Positions 34,501-43,825 of a DNA stretch of 64,000 bases are shown piece by piece. The stretch's first letter is position 1. The number at the start of each line of letters is the position of its first letter. The notes under the pieces are model-generated. The model had not been told where the DNA came from and searched no databases. It worked only from the letters and a program-made list of their open reading frames with translations. Source of the DNA: Corallochytrium limacisporum Hawaii (taxonomy: Eukaryota; Protista; Pluriformea); NCBI GenBank assembly GCA_002811645.1, contig PDIP01000056.1:1-64000 (forward strand), in the 5' to 3' direction. The translations under genes and the position numbers were made by a program.

Positions 34501-37500
34501 CTGAGGACAACCCGACGGTATCCTTTATGAAGTCCATCACGGTGGACAATAAGGAGTTTGCCGTCGGCAACTACGTCTACTGGAAGGCGGTGGAAGCGGA
34601 AGAGCCACACGTCGGTCAGATCATCAAGCTCTGGCGAGACAAGTCCGGTGTTAAGCGCGCCGGCAGCACGGCTTACTGCCTGGTCACCTGGTTCATGCGT
34701 CCCGAAGACACAGTGCACCCTCCGAACCGCCAGTTCTACCGCAATGAAGTCTTTAAGGCTAGCCTGGACCGCATCATCCCGTGCACGGCACTGATCCGCA
34801 AGTGTTACATCATGTGGTTCGACGAGTACCGCCAGCGGATCCCGCGTGACATTCCTCCCAAGGATGTCTACGTCGCGGAGTCTCGTTACAATGAGCAAAG
34901 CCGTGCCTTCCAGAAGATCAAGAAATGGAACAAGATTGGTGATAATGCCACGATCAAGATTGCCCGCCACAATGCCCACTGGCAACCGGACAAGGTGCCC
35001 TCTCCTTTGTCAATGCCCAAGAAGACAGTCTCGCACCCGATGGGCTTGCTCAAGGATGTGCCCCTGGACCGCGACAGTGCTCGCATGCTCCAGATGCAAA
35101 AGCAAGGACAAATGAAACAGATGGGCATGGGTGGTGACGGTGCAACCGAAGACGAGGAGGAAGAGGAGATGATTCTCGAGGAGGACGTCGATCCGATTCA
35201 ACTCGCGTCGGGCAACTACAAGAAACCTATTTGTTACGAACTACTCCACGACTCGCGTGGCCGTGCGCGTGTGCTGGGCGAGTTTGTTGTTGTGCGCCTG
35301 GAAGAGAGCGGTGTGCCCGGCATTGGACGCGTCGAGCGACTCACACTGGTCGGCTCGAAGCGCTCCACCGCCACACTGCATGTACGCATGTTCAAGTTCC
35401 CAGGCATGCTTAAAGGCAAAGCGCAGAAGGTGGTCACGACCATGCACCAGTTCTGCCTTGGTGAGGTGATTCAGACCGATGAAGTGCTGACCATGGCTGC
35501 AACGGCAGTAATCCGTGGTTGCCATGTCCTGCACATCAATCACTACGTTGGACACAATATCATTGCCTATGGTGAGCACGACGTCTACTTCTGTCAGACA
35601 GCTTTCACCACTCAGCAAGGTCTCGCATCGATTCCGTCCATCTTCCCGAAGGTCCAGCTCAAGTCGGCGACACGCCTGGAATTTATCGAGCGCTCGTCCC
35701 GCGCGGAGATGACTCCTCTGGACAGCCTGGGCGGCACGGGCAAGAAGACCCTCGCCTCCAAGGCTGGTCGCGCCAAGAAGGAGGCGCAAGACGACGTCAT
35801 GGGGGATGAAGATGCTAGCGACGCCAAACCGAGCCGCTTCAGTGGTGCCGGTGCTAGCAGTGCGAGCAAGGCTGCCCTCGAGCAGGCAGCTGCTGCTGCC
35901 GCCATCCAAGCCACAGCTGGCGCCGCTGCTGCGGCCAAGTCCGCTGCCGATCCGGCCGCTGCGGCCGCGGCTGCAGCCCTTGGCTTTGACCCGGCGTCTG
36001 CCGCTGCGGCTGCGGCGGCTGCCACGGCAGCGACTGCGGCCACAGGCGCGGCCGGCGGGGCCACGGGCGTTGGCGGTACCGGCGCTGCGGTTCGTGGTTC
36101 GGCCGGAGCCACTGGCGGCATGGGTCAACAGACCGGTGTTGCAGCCAGCCAACAGCGCGGCTCTTACGGGTCAGGCGTCGGCAGCTATGGACAGAGCGCC
36201 ACAAAGACACCGAGTGCCGCTGCTTCTGCAGCGGCGGCGGCGGGCATGCAACAGCGTGGCAGTGGTCGTGCTGGCACCGCTGGGTACGGCGCGGCTTCAA
36301 CTGTCCCTTCGTCGATGGCAACCGGCACTTACGGTGCATCGGCTGGTGGTGTGCCGGGTATGGCGCCGGTTTCCAGCACTGCGGCGGGTGCTGTCGGTCG
36401 TGCCGGGACTACTGGTCGGACCGGTGCCAGTGGCGTCGGGGGCAGCACTGGCCTGGACTTCTTGTCCACGTTCAACACCTCGGCCGCGACCACGGGAGCT
36501 GGTAGTGCGGGTTCCACTGGCCATCGCACGAGTGCGGGCGCGCAACAGTCGGCGATGGGTGCTGGTGGCTATGGCCAGAGCGGCGCTGCGACGGCCGCGT
36601 ACGGTCGCGCTGCCGCTGCGGCGGGTCAACAGAGCACCTACGGACGCTACAACGATCCGCTCTCTGGCTTCAGTTCGACGGCCGGGGCTGGCCTGGGCGC
36701 CCCGACATCACAGTACGGCACTTCAGCGACGGCCGCCAAGAGCCAGGCCACGGCCGGGGCCTCTCAGGCCCAGGCAGGTGGTCGGGGTGGTCCAACTGCC
36801 GGCATTCCGGCCTCCGTCTACGCTGCCTACCAGCAGCAACAGCAGTCCTCCGCGGCTGGACGCTACGGCAGCGCTGTGGCCAGCGCCGCACAGTTGGGCG
36901 CTACCGGCCAGAAGCAACCCGGAAGTGTCGGTGCTGGCGCCGGTGGCCCCAGTGACGCCGGTTCCATGCCCGTGACCTACGGCTTCAGTGCTTTCCTGAA
37001 GCAGTACCGCCAGGCACCTGACCAGGCCTCGCTGCCCTTCTCAATGATTTCCAAGAACGCCCAGCGTGAATGGCAGTCTCTTACGCCGAATCAGCGCAAG
37101 CAATGGGAGGCGCGGGGTCAAGCCCTGGCTGCGGCTGCAGGTGGTGCCGCCAGTGGTTACAGTGCGGCCTCGGCCACCTCGGCCGCTGCCGCCGCGCGTG
37201 GTCCGAACCCGTACGCCGCGTCTGCCACCGCTACGCAACGCCAGCTACAGTTGGAGCAGCAGCAGAAGGCCGCTGCGTCAATGGGAGGAATGTTTGACTA
37301 CTATGCAAAGACCGGTGCTGCCGGTGCAGGAGCCGGAGCTGCTGGCCAGTCCGTGACCGGTGCGACTACGGCCTCCACTACTGGACCCCAGCGCACAGGC
37401 TCCGCTGTCTCAGATGGTCTCGATCGTCTGCTCAACGATCCATTCGGCCAGCAATCCACCACTGCCGGAAATCCGTCGCCAGCCGTCAGTGCCTCCAAGA

Positions 37501-38729
37501 GCGCCGGAGTCAGTGGCGGCTACGGCCGTGCCGCGACTGCCGCGGATATGTTTGGCGCCCCTACGGGTGGCCGAACTGGAGCGGCGGGATCGGCGCAAAC
37601 ATCGGCGGCCACCGGTGCGGGCTCGGCGCAGCCCCAGGCCGTGCGTGGTGGTTACGGCAGCGCGGGAAGCGCCGCGAGTGCCAAAGCCGGGGCTGGGGTG
37701 GCGGGTCAGACTGCGACCGCAGGCCGCGGGGCAGCTGCGACCACCGCAAGTGGCATGCAGGGCTTTGGCGGTTTTGGTGACCTCGGCGTGAAGAGCAGTG
37801 CGTCGTCAATGGGCAAAGCGGGTGCCGGTGCGTCAATGTACTCGGCCTATGGTGCTGCGACCACAGGCGCGGCCACGTCTGATCTGTTTGGCTCAACCGC
37901 AGGCCGCGGTACGGCGGGTACCACAGCCGCTTCGGCTGGCTACGGCGGCTACGCCTCTCAGTACGGTGCCACTGCCACTGGTGCCGGTGGTTATGGTTCC
38001 ATGTTCTCCGGTACCGATTTCAGTGGTACGACCGGCAAGGCCACGGCCGGCTCCGCTGGATCGCGCGGTCCGACTGCCGGCTCCCAGTCCGCTGCTGGTG
38101 TGGCTGGACAGCAAAAGGCCACTGGTGCCGCCGGTGCCACAGCGGCGGGTGCGCAGCACTCGTACTATGGTGCCACGACAGCGGGCACGGGCCGCGCGAG
38201 TGATGTCAAGGGCCTCTTCGACTCAAGCTCGGACCCGTATGCCGCGGCCTTGGGCACGGCGGGCGGTGCGTACGGTCGAACCGGAACCACTGCCGCGACA
38301 GGAACTGGTCAAAAGACGGCGACCTCAGCGCATGACTCCCTCTATGGCCAGTACGGCGCTGCCATGGGCGGCTTTGCGACTTCTGGCGCCGGCAGCCAAT
38401 TCAGCACCGCCGCGGGCCGAGCAGGCCAGGCATCAGCCATGCAGCAGCGAGCTGGTGCTGGTGCCACCGGTCGCACGGGCACAGACCCGCTCGCTGGCCT
38501 GGGCGGCTATGGCACCGCTTCGAATGGTGCCGGTGCCACGGGCGGCATGGCTGACTATTACTCGAGCCTCGGTGGCTACGGAAACTTTGGCTCTACCGCT
38601 GGAGCGGCGGGACAGATGGGTCGAGCTGGCCAGGCCGGGCAAATGGGTCAGTACGGCAGTCAACAGGCGCGCAGCAAGCAGCAGCAGCAGCAGGGTGGCT
38701 ACGGGTCCAACCCGCAGCAGCGCCGTTGA
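31506..38729 (+). CDS. PBRM1: Polybromo-1/BAF180-like PBAF subunit: 6 bromodomains, 2 BAH domains, HMG-like box, long Gly/Ala/Ser/Thr/Tyr/Gln low-complexity tail, 2407 aa
   Basis: Six bromodomain-like repeats (e.g. LPDKKELPDYY..PIDF, LPSRAELPDYY..PMDL, LPKPKDLPDYY..PIDL). BAH1 is FAVGNYVYW..WFMRPEDTVH..FYRNEVFK..YVAESRY and BAH2 includes GRVERL..GEVIQTD..DVYFCQ. The HMG-like box is YGFSAFLKQYR..FSMISK..WQSLTPNQRKQWE. Kozak context ACCATGG. Confidence 0.92.
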   Translation: MGVGRGDEAVDGDLLEDFFTVVQEYRYNDSGDELSHWFMKLQVDPAAFEEGSGVSNPLALGDVRQNMEDAKYTTVKALADDMHKALLGFKNYHGKNSEKGRAAQRLIRITESMRRIIDPHTDAFADLLGLEDQQKCEYTLRKVAYAKDENEGRYISDAFWSLPDKKELPDYYATLKHPIDFYTIQTRVASDYYFDPEQDGGGVTVFLQDMYRLLDNARVYNAEGSPIYTDAGRMETIMHKAMGPLGLKKRGKIPDIADLITEAAQKKMGLNGSNNKKRKLNPQQQAMMDVVSSVSNYKNAKGKKLADPLQRLPSRAELPDYYKVIPDPMDLETLKRNVQEGVYETAAEFDKDMMKIFLNARIYNNEGSVIFENAQILEKVYQQKRKELLNAEDDEDDEDDEDEEEEEEEEEEEAPPKKKKKKLSTKKDGDKKKKKKKKVKNVKKAASEKAKKKKKKKKKVKNVKKAASEKAKKKKKKGKKGSGVSSNGGSKKNLIPDEMVAHVVKQKPKPLVKQDQSSSSVDVTGWTPQKLRDEYLTVMRKMRNIEDNGRKACEKFFKLPSRKEQPAYYQTIDQPIDFVIIEERIKAHKYPHPDEFYEDMKLLINNVKHVYTSGTQSHRDATRLQKAFWKAFTRHFVLQKPFKQAAKEAQGAHLPTARGVIRAAPGTRKKEGKKKKKGDKLKQPKGVAPKSKASSSGAAGALDPEKMRTLVEKTFKALQAHKDYSQFGPLLMSAPPRTQQQYYLVVKRPMDLKLIQTHLKAGGYQVIEQLDADIVQIYANTTIYYPEDSKHYEAAELIKKTYEKVRKQTFGNKVKPMDESCEIDDRGQVVYRRDLGSGITDPLPIPESPLENILFAIWTEFLNLQADAGYAMHEPFDVLPKPKDLPDYYVMIKNPIDLQQIRMRLVNRYYRSLSMFQHDLFRMFRNCRVFNDSASDLYADCITLQKHYITLRDEICQKMLGSRLDSSALRYDHSELENELADFEVLARAEEGANQKPPAEDNPTVSFMKSITVDNKEFAVGNYVYWKAVEAEEPHVGQIIKLWRDKSGVKRAGSTAYCLVTWFMRPEDTVHPPNRQFYRNEVFKASLDRIIPCTALIRKCYIMWFDEYRQRIPRDIPPKDVYVAESRYNEQSRAFQKIKKWNKIGDNATIKIARHNAHWQPDKVPSPLSMPKKTVSHPMGLLKDVPLDRDSARMLQMQKQGQMKQMGMGGDGATEDEEEEEMILEEDVDPIQLASGNYKKPICYELLHDSRGRARVLGEFVVVRLEESGVPGIGRVERLTLVGSKRSTATLHVRMFKFPGMLKGKAQKVVTTMHQFCLGEVIQTDEVLTMAATAVIRGCHVLHINHYVGHNIIAYGEHDVYFCQTAFTTQQGLASIPSIFPKVQLKSATRLEFIERSSRAEMTPLDSLGGTGKKTLASKAGRAKKEAQDDVMGDEDASDAKPSRFSGAGASSASKAALEQAAAAAAIQATAGAAAAAKSAADPAAAAAAAALGFDPASAAAAAAAATAATAATGAAGGATGVGGTGAAVRGSAGATGGMGQQTGVAASQQRGSYGSGVGSYGQSATKTPSAAASAAAAAGMQQRGSGRAGTAGYGAASTVPSSMATGTYGASAGGVPGMAPVSSTAAGAVGRAGTTGRTGASGVGGSTGLDFLSTFNTSAATTGAGSAGSTGHRTSAGAQQSAMGAGGYGQSGAATAAYGRAAAAAGQQSTYGRYNDPLSGFSSTAGAGLGAPTSQYGTSATAAKSQATAGASQAQAGGRGGPTAGIPASVYAAYQQQQQSSAAGRYGSAVASAAQLGATGQKQPGSVGAGAGGPSDAGSMPVTYGFSAFLKQYRQAPDQASLPFSMISKNAQREWQSLTPNQRKQWEARGQALAAAAGGAASGYSAASATSAAAAARGPNPYAASATATQRQLQLEQQQKAAASMGGMFDYYAKTGAAGAGAGAAGQSVTGATTASTTGPQRTGSAVSDGLDRLLNDPFGQQSTTAGNPSPAVSASKSAGVSGGYGRAATAADMFGAPTGGRTGAAGSAQTSAATGAGSAQPQAVRGGYGSAGSAASAKAGAGVAGQTATAGRGAAATTASGMQGFGGFGDLGVKSSASSMGKAGAGASMYSAYGAATTGAATSDLFGSTAGRGTAGTTAASAGYGGYASQYGATATGAGGYGSMFSGTDFSGTTGKATAGSAGSRGPTAGSQSAAGVAGQQKATGAAGATAAGAQHSYYGATTAGTGRASDVKGLFDSSSDPYAAALGTAGGAYGRTGTTAATGTGQKTATSAHDSLYGQYGAAMGGFATSGAGSQFSTAAGRAGQASAMQQRAGAGATGRTGTDPLAGLGGYGTASNGAGATGGMADYYSSLGGYGNFGSTAGAAGQMGRAGQAGQMGQYGSQQARSKQQQQQGGYGSNPQQRR
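32796..32921 (+). repeat. Exact 63-bp tandem duplication inside the PBRM1 Lys-rich linker
   Basis: (AAG)8 GTCAAGAATGTCAAGAAGGCTGCCTCGGAGAAGGCCAAA occurs at 32796-32858 and 32859-32921. Confidence 0.9.
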
Positions 38730-39472
38730 GGACGCAGAACAACCAGAATTGGGGACAGCTGAGGATTTTGATTTGGGGTATGTTCCGAATCGTGTCCCCA
38801 ATCTCTGCGTTGCTTAAGTGTGGTCTTCTTGCGCTGCACAACATCACCGTTTTGACAGACCCCCTTGAACATTCCTCTAAGAAACATAACAGGCCCCGGA
38901 CACAACGACATCGTGTTAGGCGCTGGTGACGGGTGGTAGGGATAAGACACCACAGCGGTGTGAAGAGTGCACCAACCCCAAACAGCAACTTGATCAATTA
39001 TCATCGTTCACCATCCCAACCGATCTGTCTTGTCCATGTCGGCCTATGGTTTTCCTTAGAAACCCTTTATTTAGCACGATACAATACTTCCTCAAAAAAC
39101 ATTGCACAAGATCACAACTCCACACACTTTACAAACACTCAAAGCCTGTATGAAGAACAAGAATACACGGAGAGCATACTATTCAAAACTCTAGGAATGC
39201 CATTTGATCTGACTTTTTGCTGTTGCTCCATGCATGTCTGCGAAGACTTTGGAACAGTGTCCACCCGAATCTCATATTGCCTCCTTTCGCTGTTGGAGCC
39301 ATAATAGAAAATACCGTATATTATATATAACTATTTAAAGATAAATGCAACCAATATTTAACAAATTCAGTATATTATTTCCTTCCCCAAAGGCAGGCCG
39401 GCCCCGGAGCCGGGCGACCGGTGTCCCTCCCCCCCCCCTCCCTCCAACTCGGCTTTCTGTGTCTCGCAACCG

Positions 39473-39474
<2 letters not shown>

Positions 39475-39507
<33 letters not shown>
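39475..39507 (+). repeat. (CT)n microsatellite
   Basis: Uninterrupted CT dinucleotide run. Confidence 0.9.
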
Positions 39508-39509
<2 letters not shown>

Positions 39510-40674
39510 CTCCCCCCCCCCACCAACCGCTGCGGCAAGAAAAAAAAAGGATCAAAAACGAAACTAAAATTAAAAATAGAAAAAAAAAAAGAAAAGCTTA
39601 AGTACTCAAAGCCCCGCGTTTCTGCCCCGGGAGGGCGTAGTGATTGGGCAGTCTCCCGACTCTCCCCCTTTCTTCCGCGGGGAAAGGCCTCCCCCCCCGC
39701 GCCGGGGGCCCGACGTGCCAAACCAACCAACGAGGGACCGGCACGGAGACACAAGAAACCTAAAAATCACATTGGTTACTGTCCATAGAGCGAGTATAGA
39801 AACCGCCATCCGTCCGGACGGCCAAGGATTGGAGAGAAGGAAGCGGAAGGGGGGGGAAGGTGGCCAAGCACCGTGTCTCTGTACGCCCCCTCCCTCCCAA
39901 CGAACAGAAAAATTCGCCGCAAGAGCCCGGACAGCTCCCTAGGCCCAGTGCCTTTAGTACCAGACAGCCGCCCGCCCAAAAAAAAAAGGGAAGATAGAGA
40001 GGGACCCCTGCTCCCACTGCGACGGGATTAAATCACGGCCCGACCAAAAAAAAACTTTTGACGGGTCTCTCCTTCATTTCTCACTCCTGCCCTCCCTGTC
40101 CTCGGCGGACGAGGGAGGGAGACTCGCCTTTTTTTTTTTCTGGCTTTCGGGCAACTTTTCTTTATTTTTTGCGGGGTGGTGGTTTGGTGACGTTTCCCTC
40201 CCCACCCCAACCCCCCTCCCAGCGCGCTCTCTCCCCGAACACCCCTCCCCCCCCCCGCGGCGAAGGGCCCCGCTCCAATGAGAACGTTGCCCCTGCATTC
40301 TGGGGCCGCGCTTGAGATGGAGAGCGGCCCAAGAAGGCCAGCAGGCAGGCTGGGAGCTCCGTCGTTTCCTTGCATCCGCATCCTGTCCATCCCTTTCTTT
40401 TACGGTATCAAGACGTACCCTGAGACAGTGATATCACTTTGATTTCAAATGTATCGTCAGTTTCCCGGTAAAAGGTACTTGATGCCACCCCAAGAAGAAC
40501 AGCCGGCGGATCTGTAATGCCCGAGTAACCAGGATCCAAGTGGCTTTTCAAGACAAATCACCACGAACTGCTCCAGATCAAACGAGGTATCTGTAGACAA
40601 GCTCCATTTAGTAATTTTGACATTAGTCTTCCTTCCTCGACGAAAGTCTTCCACTACCCGACAACGATACAACT

Positions 40675-41148
40675 ATGGGTTGCGGAGGGTCGAAAGCGGC
40701 GCCTGTCGCACAGCAGCCTGTTAACAAGCAGGCTGCTGCTGCTGCTGTGACCACCCCTGCCAAGGGCACTGACTCTGGCAAGGGCACGGAGACTGCCACC
40801 CCCAAGCCGGTTGCCTTTGACGTAGATGTTGATGACGTCAAGGTCGCGGCTGGCACCCCGAAGTCACTCGAGAAGACCGATGCGCCGACGATGACAAAGG
40901 AGGAACTCGAAGAAAAGCAGAAGGCTGCCGAGGTTCGCCGCCTGGAGCTCGAAGCGGAACGTAAGGAGAAGCTGGAGGAGCACGAGAAGAAGGTCAAAGA
41001 GGCCCAGGAACGTGCTGAACAGATCAAGGCCAACGGCGACGAGCCTACCCAGAGCAGCGAAGACACTGCCAAGGCTGCCGAGGAGGCCAAGAAGCTCGAG
41101 GAAGAGGCCCGGAAGGCTGACGCTGCCGATATTGAGGACAGTGCATGA
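40675..41148 (+). CDS. Small N-myristoylated/palmitoylated charged protein, 157 aa
   Basis: Starts MGCGGSK (Gly2, Cys3, Ser6, Lys7 acylation consensus). An A/K/P/T-rich linker is followed by an E/K/A coiled coil. Strong C/G-ending codon bias and A at -3. Confidence 0.88.
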   Translation: MGCGGSKAAPVAQQPVNKQAAAAAVTTPAKGTDSGKGTETATPKPVAFDVDVDDVKVAAGTPKSLEKTDAPTMTKEELEEKQKAAEVRRLELEAERKEKLEEHEKKVKEAQERAEQIKANGDEPTQSSEDTAKAAEEAKKLEEEARKADAADIEDSA

Positions 41149-41970
41149 ATCTCTGGCGGCCCACGATACTTGCTTCTGTAACCAGGACGCCGACCAGGAA
41201 AGAGGACGGCCCTGTTCTACCATCAAAGGTAGAAAACGACGACGAGGAGCTTCGGATAAGAAGACAATGAAAAGGAACGCAACAGGTAAGCAAACAAGCC
41301 TGAACCCGAGAGACAAGAACAAACAAAAGAAAATCAAAACCAAATCAACGAACCCAAAGATATCTTCATCACCATCAGTACCTTTTTTGTGTTCACATCA
41401 TGGTGTACCTGCTGGCCCGAGCCTCCTCCTCATGTTAGATCTGTACTCTTTCTCACCATCCGACCTCACCTGTCAACAGAGCTCCGCCATCGCCTGGTTG
41501 TGACTTCATGAACTCAAATCTGACTGACAGCATGGTTATCCAGGAACGCGTTGCGAGCAACACTCCGATCTTGCACCAATGACTCGTGCCCGTACCTCCC
41601 CTACCTTCCCTCCGGGAGGGTCCCGTCACCGCCACCGGGGCCCATTTATTTTCGGCGGGAAGGTTTTGGGTTTCACAGATAAAGGGGATTTATAGGGTTT
41701 TGACACGATGAGGGCCCCCCTCCGACTTGTGACGAGGCACCATACGCGCAAAACAAAAGCCACCCGTTTGTGTGCGGGTATTTTCAGCAGGATCACTGGC
41801 ACATAGACTATCCAATAAATAGGACCGTAAATTTGAAGATCGTTCTACTGACCATGTCCTTCCTCTGATGGTAACGAAAGTAGGACGCAGGCAATGGTAG
41901 CAGGCTCCAAACATTAGACTTGGGAAGAAAGCGGTTCGAAAGATTGCGGACGCTAAAAACACCAACAAAA

Positions 41971-43686
41971 ATGCACGTGGTAATTCTTCACAATGAAATG
42001 CTCCTGGGTGGAGCAGAGAGGTTGGTTGTAGATGCTGCGCGAGCACTGCAGAGAAGCAGAATACCCCGTGCATATGATCCCGATGTGACCTTTGTGGAAC
42101 AGTCGGAGGCACTGCGCAAAGAGGAGATCACAGTAAACATCTTCACCACGCGCCATGACCCTGATCGGGCGTTTACAGAGACTGTGGATGGCACAGTCCC
42201 CGTCAAAGTTCTGGGTGCATGGATTCCCCGTGGAATATTTGGTATGTTCACCGCTCTGTTCGCCTACCTGCGGATGCTGTACATGTGCTTTATGCTCTGG
42301 ATTCATGTGTATCTGCACCACAACTACGTTGACGGTAGGTCCTATGCAACTCCAGACTTGATCTTTATCGATCAGGTCAGCATTGGGATCCCTTTGCTCC
42401 GGGCTCTGTTTCCAAATGCACCAGTGATCTTTTATCTGCATTTTCCGGACAAACTGCAGACCACAACTTCGCGATCGACGGCCCTCGGACGATTCTATCG
42501 GGTCTTTGTCGACGCAATCGAGGCTTGGTCGACACTGCAAGCTGACGCACTGGTCGCGAACTCTCAGTTCGCTGCTAGGAATGCATTGGAACAGTTCCCA
42601 ACTTTGCGCGACGAAGAAATTGTGGTGATTTACCCAACGGTGACTAGCGGCGGCGGCGTCGACGACGAGCGGCCGGCGGGTAGCAATGTGGATGACGCTG
42701 CTGGAGAAGCAGCTGCCTTCGCGCGAGGACTGATCAATCGACAGACGAAGGGAAAAGAGAGCAGCAACTCCTCACGAACAACAGTTCCGAAATCGCCTCA
42801 GACACCGAAGGGTAAGGCCACAAAAGCCAGCCGTACTGAAGGTACCAGCAAACCCACAGCTGCCCACCTTCCCGTTAGCCCCAATAGGAGCATTCTGCAG
42901 GCTCTCGTCGACGGACCGTTGGCTGACATTCCCCTATTTGTCTCGATCAACCGCTATGAAACCAAGAAACGCATTGATCGTGCCATCCGTGCTCTCCATG
43001 CGCTCCGTTCCCAGTCAAAAGGTGTCGATGGCGCCCGCAGCGCCCGTCTCGTCATTGCCGGTGGCTACGATCCAGACAATCGAGACAACCGTCGCTGCAG
43101 TGAGGAACTGGTCATGCTGGCCAAAGACCTGGGCCTCTCCGTCAGCTACTCCGCATCGTCGACAAAGGTCAATGCACAGCACGCGACAGTGATCTTTCTG
43201 AGGAACGTGAGCGAGGAGGAAAAGGAGGTGCTCCTGCAGCGCGCCACAGCGATTGTATACACGCCCGAAGATGAGCATTTCGGTATTGTCCCGCTGGAAG
43301 CCATGCGGGTGGGCTGTCCTGCCCTTGCTGTGGCGTCGGGCGGTCCGCTAGAGACAATTTTAGATGGGCAGACGGGTAAACTGTGCAGGGGACAGACCGA
43401 GGCAGAACTGGTTCAATCTTTCGCCTCGGGCATGCAATGGGCGGTAACGGTGTACGACAATCTGAGCCTGCGCATCGACACCCACATTCTTTGCAAGGAG
43501 CACGTCGAAGAACATTTTGGATTCCACCGCTTCCAGAGGGAACTCGTCAATTTGATGAGAGTCCTGTTACATCCGCAGATTAGACGGGAACGGTACCGAC
43601 TTGCGTCCATGGGCACGGTGTGGTTGATCATCCTCTTGGTGGCTGCCCTACCTGTGGTGTACTACCTCACCGCTGGTAATGCGTAG
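41971..43686 (+). CDS. ALG2: Alpha-1,3/1,6-mannosyltransferase ALG2 (GT4), 571 aa
   Basis: Start at ATG 41971. Motifs GGAERLVVDAA, HDPDRAFTET.DG, FYLHFPDKL, SINRYETKK, AGGYD, YTPEDEHFGIVPLEAM (EX7E), SGGPLETI, and a C-terminal TM segment. Confidence 0.93.
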   Translation: MHVVILHNEMLLGGAERLVVDAARALQRSRIPRAYDPDVTFVEQSEALRKEEITVNIFTTRHDPDRAFTETVDGTVPVKVLGAWIPRGIFGMFTALFAYLRMLYMCFMLWIHVYLHHNYVDGRSYATPDLIFIDQVSIGIPLLRALFPNAPVIFYLHFPDKLQTTTSRSTALGRFYRVFVDAIEAWSTLQADALVANSQFAARNALEQFPTLRDEEIVVIYPTVTSGGGVDDERPAGSNVDDAAGEAAAFARGLINRQTKGKESSNSSRTTVPKSPQTPKGKATKASRTEGTSKPTAAHLPVSPNRSILQALVDGPLADIPLFVSINRYETKKRIDRAIRALHALRSQSKGVDGARSARLVIAGGYDPDNRDNRRCSEELVMLAKDLGLSVSYSASSTKVNAQHATVIFLRNVSEEEKEVLLQRATAIVYTPEDEHFGIVPLEAMRVGCPALAVASGGPLETILDGQTGKLCRGQTEAELVQSFASGMQWAVTVYDNLSLRIDTHILCKEHVEEHFGFHRFQRELVNLMRVLLHPQIRRERYRLASMGTVWLIILLVAALPVVYYLTAGNA

Positions 43687-43825
43687 ACGTACGTTCAATA
43701 GAAAAGCAAGTTGCATTCAGACTTCACGATAAGAAAGACATCCCTCGTTTCATCTCAACAGATCTCAACAGTGTTTATATTCTCGGTTAATTCGTTGAAA
43801 TTTTTATTGGGTGCTGCTTCCTTTT

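Noticed and set aside
3304-38729. Genome-wide TGA reassignment suggested by TGA-interrupted frames
   Set aside because: Clear genes (metE, DUOX, PBRM1, the 40675 gene) terminate at TGA, MetE and DUOX at the family's expected C-terminus, and Trp is encoded by TGG.
32439-38817. Long alternative-frame and antisense ORFs over PBRM1 (e.g. 35241-36152, 35806-36975, 37798-38817) and 63203-63901 over the C-clamp gene
   Set aside because: These are shadows of GC-rich, codon-biased or low-complexity coding sequence with no independent protein features.
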